A stretch of 61,781 nt of DNA, the filler included, from Squatina squatina (Eukaryota): the NCBI GenBank assembly GCA_031763465.1. It is 3 parts of 3 records of this genome, joined end to end, with 100 filler letters (N's around TTAATTAATTAA, not from the genome) between each part and the next. Parts side by side here need not be neighbours in the genome. Positions count along the whole stretch, not along the records: positions 1 to 21,847 come from JARFOE010000057.1; 2 more parts are not named here. The stretch is one strand, 5' to 3'. Below the pieces are notes generated by a model, which was given only the letters and a program-made list of their open reading frames with translations, did no database searches and was not told the origin of the DNA. Below, piece after piece: positions 1-13,070 of this stretch. Every line of letters starts with the position of its first letter. The first letter of the stretch is position 1. The position numbers and the translations under genes are program-made.

Positions 1-455
1 CTTGGGAGCAAAGGCTGCTCTCTGGAGCCCGTTGCTGTTTGCTGCGATTTAAATATATCGACTTGTCTTTTTGAACAAAAAAAAACCGTTAGTACAAATT
101 CTGGATGTTTGGCGCCATCGCCCGGCGGGAACGTGTGCTTTTTACAACTGAAAGTTTGTAAACAAAAGTCACATGGCAACGAGTCAATAACTGCCAGTTC
201 ACGGCAGGACAGGCAGGAAGCATGGGTTAACCACATTTCCTGCATGCTCAGGGCGGAACAAGATAGTGCAGATGATTTGAATATTGAGAGCATAGTGCAT
301 TCTTTTGTTTACAAGAAATACTGCAAACGTTTTTCTTCGAATAGCAGGTTTCTCGACGAACCAAGTGAGGAATATTTTTGCCCTTGTGTTAAGTATAGCC
401 ACAGGTTCCCTCCCATAAAATGCAAATACTCATGCATTTTACTTTTAGCAACCCT
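1..455 (+). mobile_element. Possible decayed 3' end of a hAT-family DNA transposon inside a PIM1 intron
   Basis: ORF 109-465 contains VNHISCMLRAEQDSADDLNIESIVHSFVYKK, resembling the C-terminal hAT dimerization region. The stretch ends in TTAGCAACCCT (~444-454), similar to the reverse complement of an AGGGTTGCCA-type hAT terminus. Confidence 0.35.
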
Positions 456-601
456 TAGTGAATGATTTAGAGTTTATTTTTTGCTTTGTATTGTCTTATT
501 GCTGTTTGCATTTTACTGTGTTACGGAACAGCAGATTTAGCATTTTAACAGCATAAAGAATTACAGGCGAAATATTCATAAGTGGATTTTTTTTTGTGTG
601 A

Positions 602-877
<276 letters not shown>

Positions 878-1171
878 TAGTTCTTAAATAACTTGATATA
901 ATTTGTCAGGTATTCAATAGTCAATTGCATGTTGAATTTGAATGACCCCCTTGTAGTGCAATTAATATTATGTTGGTAGTACGTGCCATTATCTCAGAAG
1001 TATTCATCTGCTTATGTTTAGTCTGCCAAAAAAAGCCCCCAGTTGGGCTACTCTTTTAGTTACTTATTTATATCCGTATATGTAAGCTCAATTAACTTGC
1101 CACTAAATATATGGAAGGTATAATTGGAAACTCCCACGGTTTGTAACCCAGTATTTCCTTTTTGCTTTCAG

Positions 1172-1359
1172 AATGTCAGCATCTCATCAAGTTCTGTCTA
1201 TCCCTGAGGCCTTCAGATCGCCCATCATTTGAAGACATAATTAACCACCCCTGGATGCAGAACTGCATTGTTTCACAAGATGCCATCGGACTTAGATTGC
1301 ACAGCCTGAGCCAAGAGTCAACCAGCATTAGCTCAAGCAAACTAGAACTTGTGAAATAA
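1172..1359 (+). CDS. PIM1: PIM1 last coding exon
   Basis: Acceptor ctttcag, phase compatible with the previous exon. Encodes [30 protein letters not shown]...LRLHSLSQ...ELVK, ending in TAA at 1357-1359. Confidence 0.92.
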
Positions 1360-1915
1360 TGTGAACTGATGCTCGCAAAACTGAACTGTCTCTGCCTCCC
1401 TTTGAAAGAACCAAATAACTTGCCTGGTCTCATTTACCAGATTCCATGGCCTTTTAAATCTACTGATTAGTGGGAGGGATGATGAAGAACCAGAAACCAC
1501 CCCTCCAAGCTCCGGTTGTCATTAACTTGAATCATGCATTACGACAAGCCTGACTCTTCCTCTTCGAGTGCCTTTTATGAATGCTGGATTCACTGACTTA
1601 AAAGAAATACTTGAACCTCTGCTGCTTCTGAATAACTTAAAACTTTCCTTCGCACAATCCTCAGTAGACATACAGGGACTGGTCTGGTCTAGCCGCTATT
1701 TTGTTTACATCCTCTCAACAAAATAAATGAAGACAAACCTTGTCACCCGCTGGTCACCACTAATCAGAAAAGAATTGACCTCAACTCTTCATGCAGTCCA
1801 CTAGTCCAATACACTCTTATGAAGCCAAGGCATGTCAGAGCATCGTCATCAATGCACAACCAATGCAATGAATGAACTCTAAACCTTTGTATATGTGTGC
1901 ATATATGTATACATA

Positions 1916-1950
<35 letters not shown>

Positions 1951-2047
1951 ATATATATAAAATGTAAATTTCTTTTTTGAAATACTGGTTATTACAGCCT
2001 ATGTCAGCTGTCCTGTTTACCTGTTTATTTATTTGAGTGAAGTTGAG
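1360..2047 (+). promoter_or_regulatory. PIM1: PIM1 3' UTR with an AU-rich element and miRNA seed matches
   Basis: ARE nonamer TTATTTATT at 2025-2033. Seed matches: CAATGCA 1850-1856, CAATGCAA 1861-1868, GTGCCTT 1568-1574, TACTTGAA 1608-1615, TGCTGCT 1620-1626, TGTTTACA 1702-1709. The UTR end is not determined because a gap follows. Confidence 0.6.
1888..1958. repeat. (TG)n/(TA)n microsatellite
   Basis: Directly visible dinucleotide run. Confidence 0.9.
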
Positions 2048-3523
2048 NNNNNNNNNNNNNNNNNNNNNNNNNNNNNNNNNNNNNNNNNNNNNNNNNNNNN
2101 NNNNNNNNNNNNNNNNNNNNNNNNNNNNNNNNNNNNNNNNNNNNNNNGTGTCTGCTGGTTATTTTTTGCACGGAGTCAGGTGTTTGTTTTAGCTAGTGAC
2201 CGTTAAGAAAAAAGATCCTGCAGCATAGAATATGACCCTGAGAATGTATTATAACTTTATCAGGTTATTGTTGTGCAGCTCTGCAGTCTTTAGACCAATT
2301 ACAGCTGATATATGTCTGCCAGTGGAATCTTAAATCAGTTCCTGGAGGAAGGGTCTCCTCGATGTCAGTGCACTGCACTGGCAAGGAAAAGACATTAGAC
2401 ATGAACATCACCAATACATAAAAGTCAAATTCAGATGCCTGATTCCTATTTTAAGCCTGTGGGCAAAAGTTAATTGGCTCTCGGGAAATATGGTTGGTTT
2501 CTACAAAGACACATAATAACGCTTTCTTGAACCACAGTGTTTTCCTTGTTTTTATGAGCTGCATAAAACTTACTTGTGTGAGTGGAAAAGCTTAAAAACG
2601 GTTCCATTTATGAGTTTGTGCTCTCGTGTTTGCCTTTCATGTTGCCTGAAATACGTGTTTAATTTGCAGTGAAAGCACTTTAAGTGGAAAACCAAAAACC
2701 AGAATTTTCTTTTTTATGATGGTTTCCTACCAATAGTTTTAATGAGGTGCTCCCCCTCTTACACATTAAACTTCCCATGAGGTGCATTTATCCATTTTCA
2801 CCTGTTTTGCCTTTGATACAGATTCAATTCAATTATTTTGTAGGCTTTCGCCCACCGCTTTCTCTGTTAAGATCTGTTATGCCTCTCTGGCCTCTTTTCA
2901 AGTGTGATGCTCAAGCAGACCATCAATTCAGCCAGTGTTGCTCTGTTTGACTGCTCTTGTGTGAGGGGTGATGTGAGTGATATCAGATTTTCCTTCCCTT
3001 GAGGTGGAAACTCTTACTTAATTTGAGATTGTTGTCATCACATTATGTTTAACACTTGTACTTTTAAGAGAATGTCAGTGGGAAGAACATGAGGTTTTGG
3101 TTAGCCCCTCAATTTAAAATTGATTCAGTTACAGTTAATCACTGTTGGGGAGGCTCCGCTATTATTTCCATCTATGTACATTTTATTACTTTATTTCAAT
3201 TTTCCCTTCTTTCTTTGGAAGGCTGAAAACTCTTCATACCTCACCCCAGTGATTGTTCTCCATGTGTGAGCCTAGACAGTGGATATTGACAGGCTGCCTC
3301 TCGTATCTGTCCTTTCCATGATTTTTTATTTGTTCTCAGAATGTTAACGATGGTGGCAAGATCATATTAATTGCCCACCCCTAGTTGCCCTGAGAATGTG
3401 CTGGTGGGCCTTCTCCTTGAACTGCTGCAGTCCTTGTTATGATAGTGCTTACACAATAATATTAGGTAGGGAATTATAGGATATTGGCACAGCAATGATG
3501 AACGAACAGTGATATATCTCCAA

Positions 3524-3629
3524 GTTGAGTATTGTGTGCAGTTTTGGTCTCTTTATCTGAGGAAGGATGTTCTTGCTATGGAGGGAGTGCAGCGAAGGTT
3601 CACCAGACTGATTCCTGGGATGGCAGGAC
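3524..3629 (+). mobile_element. CR1 LINE ORF2 fragment
   Basis: Translates EYCVQFWSLYLRKDVLAMEGVQRRFTRLIPGMAG, the typical CR1 post-RT segment. Confidence 0.88.
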
Positions 3630-3734
3630 NNNNNNNNNNNNNNNNNNNNNNNNNNNNNNNNNNNNNNNNNNNNNNNNNNNNNNNNNNNNNNNNNNNNNNN
3701 NNNNNNNNNNNNNNNNNNNNNNNNNNNNNATAAC

Positions 3735-4210
3735 TCAGATGCCCAAAATTCTGCCACCCGCATCCTATCCCAGACCAAGCCCTGCTTGCCCATCACCCCC
3801 ATACTTGCTGATCTACTCCAGCTCCCAGTCCTCCAATACATCAAATTTAAAATGATTTTCCTCATCTATAAATCCCTCCAAGTCCTTGTCTCACCCAACC
3901 TCTTGAACCTCCTCCATCCCCTCCTGTCGCACTCTCCTCTGACTTTGAGCTTTTGCACATTCACCCCCTTCCCTCTATTCCAACGTTGGTGGCCGAGACT
4001 CCCGCCAGCTCAACCCTTTCCTCTGGAATGTCCTCCATGAACCCTTTCCTGTATCTAAGTATCTCTGTCTTCTAAAAATTTAACTCTTCATTCATGTTTT
4101 CAGTGACCTTTCTTAAGTGTCCACCAAGGCTCAGGATCTGTTTCTTTCTTCCACTGTAAAGTGTATTTGGGACTTTTTCTCATTAAAGACACTATATAAA
4201 TACAATTTTT
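3735..4210 (+). mobile_element. Decayed L2-type LINE 3' fragment
   Basis: Translates PITPILADLLQLPVLQYIKFKMIFLIYKSLQ, matching the L2 ORF2 C-terminal pattern HITPVLxxLHWLP...FKILxLxYK. Tail reads aaagacactatataaataca. Confidence 0.7.
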
Positions 4211-5539
4211 TGTTCTTTGTACTAACAGCAGAAACAGAGGGCCTGCACTGAATCGGACATCACGTGGTTAAATACTGAGCCTGGATTATGGCACCAAGAC
4301 TCATATGAAAGACTCTATAACTTGCTCCCTTATGAGCTATAATATTGCATTACCTTTTTGAAATATTGTCCATCTATGCCACAGAAAGAGGAAGAGATTT
4401 TTAAACTGTGACTCGCTACACACACCAGAACATCATAAATATTTGGCATCAATATTTTATAGTAGAGCAGTAATGAATAGAATTCTTTGGCTATAAATTT
4501 GCAGACTGCTTTTGTTGATTATAAAATGCTCATGCTGCCATGTGCCAAAAAACATAATCCTTTGATGTGGAAGATGGACAGGTCAGGATTTACATTAGCA
4601 TTGCTCTGCTAAAGGGAAAGGTGAATTTAGACATCTTGTTGTTTTGTGAAGCACCCTGTTCTCACGCGACCTCTTTAAAAAAGAAAGTATTTTTTAAAAT
4701 GTATATTTAATCAGCAATAAAAATTACAGTGTGGTGAAAAGAAGATTATAANNNNNNNNNNNNNNNNNNNNNNNNNNNNNNNNNNNNNNNNNNNNNNNNN
4801 NNNNNNNNNNNNNNNNNNNNNNNNNNNNNNNNNNNNNNNNNNNNNNNNNNNNNNNNNNNNNNNNNNNNNNNNNNNNNNNNNNNNNNNNNNNNNNNNNNNN
4901 NNNNNNNNNNNNNNNNNNNNNNNNNNNNNNNNNNNNNNNNNNNNNNNNNNNNNNNNNNNNNNNNNNNNNNNNNNNNNNNNNNNNNNNNNNNNNNNNNNNN
5001 NNNNNNNNNNNNNNNNNNNNNNNNNNNNNNNNNNNNNNNNNNNNNNNNNNNNNNNNNNNNNNNNNNNNNNTCTTCTATACGGCATGTTGATTTAATGAGT
5101 GTAGTTGCATATTAAACAACAACCGAGGATTTCATACTCCACATTCTCTGCATGTGCCTTGCCCAGTTCAAGGAAAAGGGCATGACATAGAATGATATGA
5201 AGATAAATGTTCAGATTCCCTTATTAATCATAGACATACTTCAGAAAATATTCAGGAGTAGAATTTTTGCAGTGCTGTTACGATCTTCAAGCAGGGTGCC
5301 TTTGTTGGGAATAGAACAGTTTCCGCTTGTTTCAACCTGGATGTATAACAAGCACTCCTGGGACATATTAAATCCTGGGTAAAGTTACTTCTACTGCTCC
5401 CCAGCACTGCCCTTTATCCCCAATCTCAAGAAAGCTCTCTCTATTGCACCACTTATCATTATGATTCCTCCAAGTGAAATTACTTTCTAATTGTGGGCAC
5501 ATTTGTACTGTTGACTTACAGCCATTCAGAAAAGGTATA

Positions 5540-5680
5540 AGACTTCCCAAACTTATTTGACCCAGGACCTTTCCAGCTCGCAGAGAGAAGGATCTTTCAT
5601 CCCATCAGGTTGGCCTGGATTCAAATCCAGTTCACAGAGATGAAAAGAACTGTGCTCTTTCCTACAGCACTGCCCAATCC
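5540..5680 (-). mobile_element. Ancient tRNA-derived SINE fragment (LF-SINE-like)
   Basis: Reverse complement CTTTTCATCTCTGTGAACTGGATTTGAATCCAGGCC...GAAAGATCC parallels the copy at 52350-52500 and my recollection of the LF-SINE 5' region. Confidence 0.4.
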
Positions 5681-6215
5681 CAGGAATAGCATCGATCTTA
5701 AAATATCTCAAGGATATCCTATTTGAATAATCCTTTAAGATCCTTGTAATATCCCTATGGAAATTTGACAGGGTCCTTCAGGGAAACTAAATTCTACTGT
5801 ATTTTCATGTGTCTTTTGGCATCTAATAGGACTCCATGAGGTAATTTCATAATCTTCCAGGACTTTTCTTTTGATACGATAGGGATAAACAGTGTTGACT
5901 ATATGTTACAACACAGTTGGTAAAACCACCTTTTTTATACGGTGTTGAGAATAAGCATTGATTATCCTAACCGTGTACTTTAGATTTTTCTACTCGAGTA
6001 CAGGCCCTCCATTATTACCTATGTACTAAAAAATATTTCATACTACTTGCTATAGAAAATGTATAGCTTTCCTAAACTGGAGTAGTACTTTATGAATGAT
6101 CCAAATATCTTGAAANNNNNNNNNNNNNNNNNNNNNNNNNNNNNNNNNNNNNNNNNNNNNNNNNNNNNNNNNNNNNNNNNNNNNNNNNNNNNNNNNNNNN
6201 NNNNNNNNNNNNNNN

Positions 6216-6370
6216 TTGTGGGAGCTTGCTGTGTGCAAATTGGCTGCCACGTTTCCCACATTACAACAATGACTACACTGTAAAAAAGTACTTCATTGGC
6301 TGTACAGCACTTTGGGACGTCCGGTGGTCGTGAAAGGCGCTATATAAATGCAAGTCCTTCTTTTTTCTTT
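6216..6370 (+). mobile_element. Deu-domain SINE (SacSINE1-like), 3' part
   Basis: tgtgggagcttgctgtgtgcaaattggctgcc...cacattacaacaatgactacac...aaaggcgctatataaatgcaagtc; same family as 20015-20405 and 60845-61275. Confidence 0.75.
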
Positions 6371-7803
6371 AACCTACTAATAATCTCTGTTTACTGCAGC
6401 ACATGGCAGCACTTCAGGTATATCTGTTCTGTATAATTTATGCCAAGTTTAAAGGACTAATGGTGTAGGTGCACAATATGTAGACTAGCATGAGTGATAC
6501 CTCACCACAATGGTGTTCTGTGCTCTTTAAGTAGAAGCTTCAGACTCAAATCCTGCATCAGTCTGGTCTGACCTACTCTATTTTTAATCAAGTGCAAAAT
6601 TTCTGGTCAAAGCAGGGAAGTTGAAATCAATGATGGATTTACGACTGAATAAAGAGCCTCCTGCAAATGCAACTCACATGGCTGCCTGATCACTGGGTCA
6701 CGGAGCTGCATTTAAATCAGAAGTGAATCAGGAGCTGGTCCTAGTCTATTTCCTCCGTCTTTATCGCTGCTGGGTAATGAGCAAGATAAACAACCTGAAA
6801 TAATTGAAGCAAAATAAATAAATAAATGAAGAGCATCAAACTTGTATCTGACCTGCTCCCAAGGGTTTCCATAACCTCGGTTAAACCATTGCCTCAAGTG
6901 CTGGTCAATGTGTTCCTCTTGTCACTCTCATTAATACTAGCCTGCAGCTGCCTCACAATCTCACTGTGCAGGTTGACATGAGGTAACACAAGTGCCTCCT
7001 GAGTCCTTTTTCTCCAGTGTAGCCTGTCAGCTGCAGTCACTGTGCAAAACCTCTGACTTGGGATTTGAATCTTTAAAGCCCTGCAGTAGATTTCCTGTAC
7101 CCAGTGGTTAAATATAACAAAGTTCGCATGTTTTGACTTATTTATAGCTTAGCCCTTGAAGGCCTTGAAAGCCTTGACAGTAGTGTTTCAGTATCCTGCC
7201 ACTAAATATGACAGGGTTAGCATACAATATTAATTCAGACATTGACACTGCCATCCAAACCTTTTGAAGTGTTTACTTGATATACTAACTGTGATTTATG
7301 CAGGAATATTTTTTAAGAGCAGAAAATATTCTGTGTGTTTATCATTTTGAGATTGGAATTTGCTTTGCTATTTTCAAACAATTTACTGATAATTAGGTTC
7401 GCTAAACACCCAATATCGAAACTAATTATGAGCTATGTAGAATCAAAGCACAATCCTTAACTCATGATAATCTCAACATTTAAAAAAAAATGGTGCATTT
7501 GTTTTATTTTAGGCATATATCACATCTGACCCAAAACACAAGCCTCTATTTATTAGACACTCACCCATAATTTTCATTTTTTTTCACTCCTCTAGTTTCT
7601 TTCAGAACACTTAAATTGAGATGGTAGGAGGGCAACTTGCTCCCATCGAAAAAGGGCGTGAAAGCTGATTCTCCAATTTTCCTCTCACAGTTTAGGTATA
7701 GGTNNNNNNNNNNNNNNNNNNNNNNNNNNNNNNNNNNNNNNNNNNNNNNNNNNNNNNNNNNNNNNNNNNNNNNNNNNNNNNNNNNNNNNNNNNNNNNNNN
7801 NNN

Positions 7804-8262
7804 TGGAATTCTCTAACCCAGAGAGCAGTGGATGCTCAGTTGATGAGTATATTCAACATTGAGATCGATAGATTTTTGGGCGCTAAGTAGGGTGACCAGA
7901 GTTCCCAGTTTTGCCAGGAAAGTCCTGGTTTTTAAGGAAGTGTCCCGGTGTCCCGACACTTACCTCAAAATTACTCTAATGTCCCGGTTTTTCGTGTCCA
8001 CTCAACTGCGAATGTGCACTCCTGGCAAAGAACGCACCGCACATGTGCAGCTCGAGAGAAGATCAGACTGTGCATGCACAGACTGATTTTCCCGGTTTGG
8101 GACTCTTCTTATCTGGTCACCCTAGCTGTAAGGGAATCAAGAGATAGGGGCAAGGGCAGGAGAATGGAGTTGATATCAATGATCATCTGTGGCCTTATTG
8201 AATGGCTGGGCAGGCTCGATGGGCTGTAGGGCCTACTTTTGCTCCTATTTCTTATGTTCCTT
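7804..8262 (+). mobile_element. CR1 LINE 3' end interrupted by a hAT MITE
   Basis: tggaattctctaacccagagagcagtgga...gagatcgatagatttttggg, resuming aagggaatcaag...ggcctacttttgctcctatttcttatg after the insert. Collinear with the uninterrupted copy at 33883-34060. Confidence 0.8.
7888..8124. mobile_element. 237-bp non-autonomous hAT (Blackjack-type) MITE
   Basis: Perfect 13-bp TIRs TAGGGTGACCAGA (7888-7900) and TCTGGTCACCCTA (8112-8124). The 8-bp flanks GCGCTAAG and GCTGTAAG match at 6 of 8, as expected for a decayed hAT target-site duplication. Confidence 0.85.
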
Positions 8263-9299
8263 TCAATTTAAACAACTATCAACGTGACTATACTCCTTTC
8301 AACTTCTCTTGATGCCAGATGCACCTTCTTGACAGTTTCCAGTGGAAAGTGGTGGAAGTTCTTCCTTTATGCCGTGTAAGAATCCTGTGTTTGCATATTG
8401 TGGAAAGTGCAAAGTTCACTAATGTTGCCTCCTTACGTGTTGCATCAGTTTTCTTTGCTTTTTAAAAAATGAAATTTGATATTGCACAAAAGCCTCACCA
8501 TTCTGTTTTGAAGTCTTGCATTTGTTTTGCTTACAACATTCTTGTGCTGCCCCTCTTCATCCCTGAATTGAGTTTTAAATTGNNNNNNNNNNCCACTTGT
8601 TTCTACCAGTGGTAACAACATGACCCATGTAGAAATTGGTTCATTGTCCAAACGATTCATTGCCTTATTGTTTGCACCATGCAATTGTTTGATTGGAATT
8701 TGGTTGTGAATGAATGCTGCAGTATCTTCTGCTGACAATATAATTGAAAGTTGTATGCTAACCGAACCTTGGTGGAATTGTTGTAAGGTTGTCAGCCTAG
8801 GGCGATTTTGTGTGAAAAATGGTCAAAATTATTTTATTAGAGAAGTTCCACTTTTATTCTTTCCCAACAAGTTGAAAGGAGAGCACAGATATCTGATAAT
8901 CCTCTGCACTCAGTATCACTTGCTTAGAACCCACAAAGTATTAATCATAAAGGGTGATTTGCAGATAATTGGATGAGACAGGCCTTTTTGTTTCTTCCTG
9001 TGCATTCAGACAGAACCAATCAATGCAAACAGCATGTGCTCACTGACCTTTGATGAACTGTGTTCCAAAACATTGGTCTTCAGAAAAGACAGAAGATTGA
9101 CAATGTGTCTATTTGGGTGTGTTTATTTAAATAGATTTCGAGGCTGTCGGTCAATAACAAACACCAATAAGTTAGAAACACTATTTCAAACTAATTTTTA
9201 AAGTAACTAGAAAACTTTGCATAACACTAAACACATGAATGCAGCCTTGGAAAAAATAGAGTGAACATCTTCATCACTGGAATTTACATGCCTGTTCAA

Positions 9300-9605
9300 C
9301 AGACACTGAATCCAAGGTTCGATCCTCGCTCTCTGCTGAATTGGCTGGTCTCAGTTAGAGCAGCAGTTTGACCTTTCAATTTGGCATCGGTGTCGCCAGG
9401 CAGAGGAAAGCAAAATGGTTCCTGCTATTCAGTGACCCCTGCTGAAAAGTGCATGTGTGGGGCATAAGGTGAAGACATGATTGGGTTTGAGGCGATGCCC
9501 TCTGCAGTTGAATAGCCTGTTGACGCTCCCTGTCTAGGTTTAGGCATAAAGAATGACCCCTTGGGCAAAGTACTAGACAGCTGTTGGTGCCCGTGGAACC
9601 ACATC
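9300..9605 (+). mobile_element. Unclassified SINE-like repeat, multi-copy in this window
   Basis: B-box-like GGTTCGATCC at 9316-9325. The core tgacccctgctgaaaagtgcatgtgtg...gaatagcctg...tgtctagg...aagaatg recurs at ~24110-24380 and ~41090-41200, and inverted at ~41290-41560 and ~14480-14700. Confidence 0.6.
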
Positions 9606-12600
9606 GCAGTTCAACTCTTATAACCTACTCAATGCATGTCTTCACAAGAAGCACAGAGTATTGTAAGATATCCTGGACAATACTCATTACANNNNNNNNN
9701 NNNNNNNNNNNNNNNNNNNNNNNNNNNNNNNNNNNNNNNNNNNNNNNNNNNNNNNNNNNNNNNNNNNNNNNNNNNNNNNNNNNNNNNNNNNATTTATCCT
9801 CCATTTCGAAGGACCAGTAGTTCAGTGTTGGTGAACATTTGTAGTTCAAGTTATAAATACGACCACCTTCTAAATTGAGGGTAAATGATAGGGTGTGGCT
9901 TTTTACAGAAAATAAATCACTGCATAGAACAATGCAATGTTTAAGTCAAAGCAGGAGGTGGACAGAGGATATAGAATGTATTTGCACCTATTTATAACAA
10001 GTTGCCTTTCCGATACTGAAATATATTTATAACTGTGACAATCCTACACATTCCTGTCGTGGAAGCTATTGCCTAGTTTGTCTATCTTTGTGGAAAGCAT
10101 CTTCTGGTCTTTAATCAGATCTGGTGGAAGCAGGAGGTGGGGCAAATCGTTCGAATCATGATGACATTTAATGTGGGATAAAACTTTGCTGTAATCCTTT
10201 AATCTCCAAATGACTGGTTTATATTCATTTACTTGAAGTTTGGAACTTGCGCAGAATATGTTTAAACATGCAACAGAAAGTATCCAACTGAATACAATGA
10301 TTCAATGCTCCCTCTCGCTCTTTGGGAGATGAAAGTGGATCAAAAAGGGATTTTAGCAGCTTTCACTGAGATGAGATTCTTTTGTTCTGTTTCATAATGG
10401 AAAAACATCATGTGGAATTCAGTGACATCATGCATGTGTTTTTATAATCTTATTCACTGCCATTTCCTTTATTTATTTAGTCATTTTATTCACAGGCTTC
10501 CTGTTCATTTTACTGGGATTGTCCAGCCATGATTATCTGCTGCCTATATTTATCTTTTTATTGTTCTGTACTTCTTTTATTATAGNNNNNNNNNNNNNNN
10601 NNNNNNNNNNNNNNNNNNNNNNNNNNNNNNNNNNNNNNNNNNNNNNNNNNNNNNNNNNNNNNNNNNNNNNNNNNNNNNNNNNNNNTAGAGGCAGTTTTAC
10701 CTTCCTGTAAACATTGGATATAGTTGCATTAAAGCCCACTTAGATAAGGTCATATATGAATCATTATGTGCTGATCAATATCCAAGTACACAGAGGCCAC
10801 CCATCTATAAAAATAGGGTAATGCTTACTGACTGGTTCATGTATACACAGCAAAATGCCAATGAGATAATCACTAGTGGTTTCATCTTCCCTGATAACAT
10901 CTATCTCTACACTGGGATTGTGTGTCATGCATGGGAGGCTATGAGGAAAGAAGAATAAAGTGCTTTTATCATGTACCATCTGATTGTATTGTCTCTCAGC
11001 CATTTAAATGTATTAAATGAGATTAAAATCTCTTGGTCAACTATTTGCATGGTGATTTTAACACATAACAGAAGAAGTGCTTGAATGGACAGTTCTTCAC
11101 AAGGGCACGACTGTACTGTTGTCTGCACTCTCTGGAATATTCTCTGTCTTTACAAACTAGCAGAATTAGGCAATTTAATTTTTGGGCTGGGATGGTGCAT
11201 GACATCAAGCAAACCAAAGAGGAAGTGAGAAAAATGTGAAAAAAAAGGCTCCACCATTAATCTTGTATTGATTATGAATATTCAAATGATGTTGGTACTT
11301 TATTGTTTTGTGTGAACAGTAGTGTGCCTCATCATTTACCTGAACTGAACCAACAATAACTACAGTTTCTATTAGTATACTGCCTTTAACCCACCCCAAG
11401 ACACTTCACAGAGGCGTAATCAGAATANNNNNNNNNNNNNNNNNNNNNNNNNNNNNNNNNNNNNNNNNNNNNNNNNNNNNNNNNNNNNNNNNNNNNNNNN
11501 NNNNNNNNNNNNNNNNNNNNNNNNNNNAATGGCGGTGCAGGCTCGAAGGGCCTAATGGCCTACTCCTGCACCTATTTTCTATGTTTCTATGTTTCTATAA
11601 AACAAAATGTCATCATTAAGTCAAAAACATCTGCTATGGTTAGCCCATTAAGCGTATGACCTATGCTATCTTATTAACGTCCTGATTTTCTGTTACTGAA
11701 CTAGATGATTTTATCTTAATGCTTTTTCCACTTTTGAATTTGTTTAGATTTTCTAAAAGGTTTGCGTTATTTACTTGCTTATGATAATTATTAAAGAGCC
11801 ACCTTGCTGTAATTTTCATACTACCCTGAGATAGAAAAAGTCGATATTCTATTCCATCAAGCTATAAAATATTGTTTGTTTACCTAACAAGGATTTTTTT
11901 AATACTCTGTCCTCTGTAGAGGTGAAAATACACCTAGTTAGCACATATAATCTAACTTTAATTCCTTTGCAAGAGGGCAACACAACTATGGCAAATTCTT
12001 ACTTGAGCACAAATCTCTCACACTTGTCAATATATTCTCCCTTCTGTGGAAAAAGTAAGCTGGAAGCAAAGTGAGGTGAAAGATTTCGGTACTGCAAAGG
12101 TGCCACTTAATTTTGTGGTAGCAGGACCTCTTTAAACAGCTGTTGACTTAAAAATGTGTATTGAATATTGTGCCTGGTTCTGGTAAATTGTCATCTCTTT
12201 TGTGTCCTTAATCACCAAACATCTGTTTCTCATTTTATTTTCAACATAAGTATTTGCCTGCAGCAAACTGCATTTTTATATTTATTTCAAATAGGCTGAG
12301 AAGAAAAGCCCCAACTACACTTCTTGTTTTGTTGCTGTCTGAATTCACCACAGGTACACGGACCACAGACACGAATCCTGGCCAGCAGCCTTTGTAAATC
12401 TTTGATCTTTATAATGTAGCATCTACTCAATCATACTGTAACCATTTTAATTGTATCACTTTGTTTTTCTTTACCGTGTAGAGTCAGTTTTATCTATTTC
12501 ATTTTACTTAACATGGACATTAGCTAGTAGATATGATGCAGCCACATAACTCCCAAAGGAATGCACTTGGCTAAGAATAGGGATTTCCTAAGCAGGGAGA

Positions 12601-12865
12601 CTCTTGAGTGCTGCAGATTTATGAGATTATGGAACTGTTTTGGAAAAGGGATTGCACTAAGGTGTGTACGCCTGAAGACAAGTGTCAGTGAGTCAGACTC
12701 CCCAGCTTTGGATAGGAGCCATAGTTTTGGATTTTCTGTGGGTGTGAGACCCATTATGTGGCTTTNNNNNNNNNNNNNNNNNNNNNNNNNNNNNNNNNNN
12801 NNNNNNNNNNNNNNNNNNNNNNNNNNNNNNNNNNNNNNNNNNNNNNNNNNNNNNNNNNNNNNNNN

Positions 12866-13070
12866 TGTGGAACACACTACTACAAGGAGTAGTTGAGGCA
12901 AATAGCATTGATGCCTTTAAGGGGAAGCTAGATAGGTACACGAGGGGGAAAAGGAAGCAGCATACGCTGATAAGGTGAGATGAAGAGGAGTAGGCGGAGG
13001 CTTGTGTGGAGCATAAACAGCAGCATAGACCAGTTGGACCTGTTTCTGTGCTGTAGACTCGATGTAACTT
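12866..13070 (+). mobile_element. CR1 LINE 3' end
   Basis: tgtggaacacactactacaaggagtagttgaggcaaatagcattgatgcctttaaggggaagctagat...cctgtttctgtgctgta; related copies at ~21950-22090 and ~56750-56930. Confidence 0.75.

Noticed and set aside
12629-12670. MELFWKR as TBC1D22B exon 1 (human QFWKRSAKLPG)
   Set aside because: The match stops after FWKR and there is no phase-compatible donor; the true exon 1 is probably in a gap.
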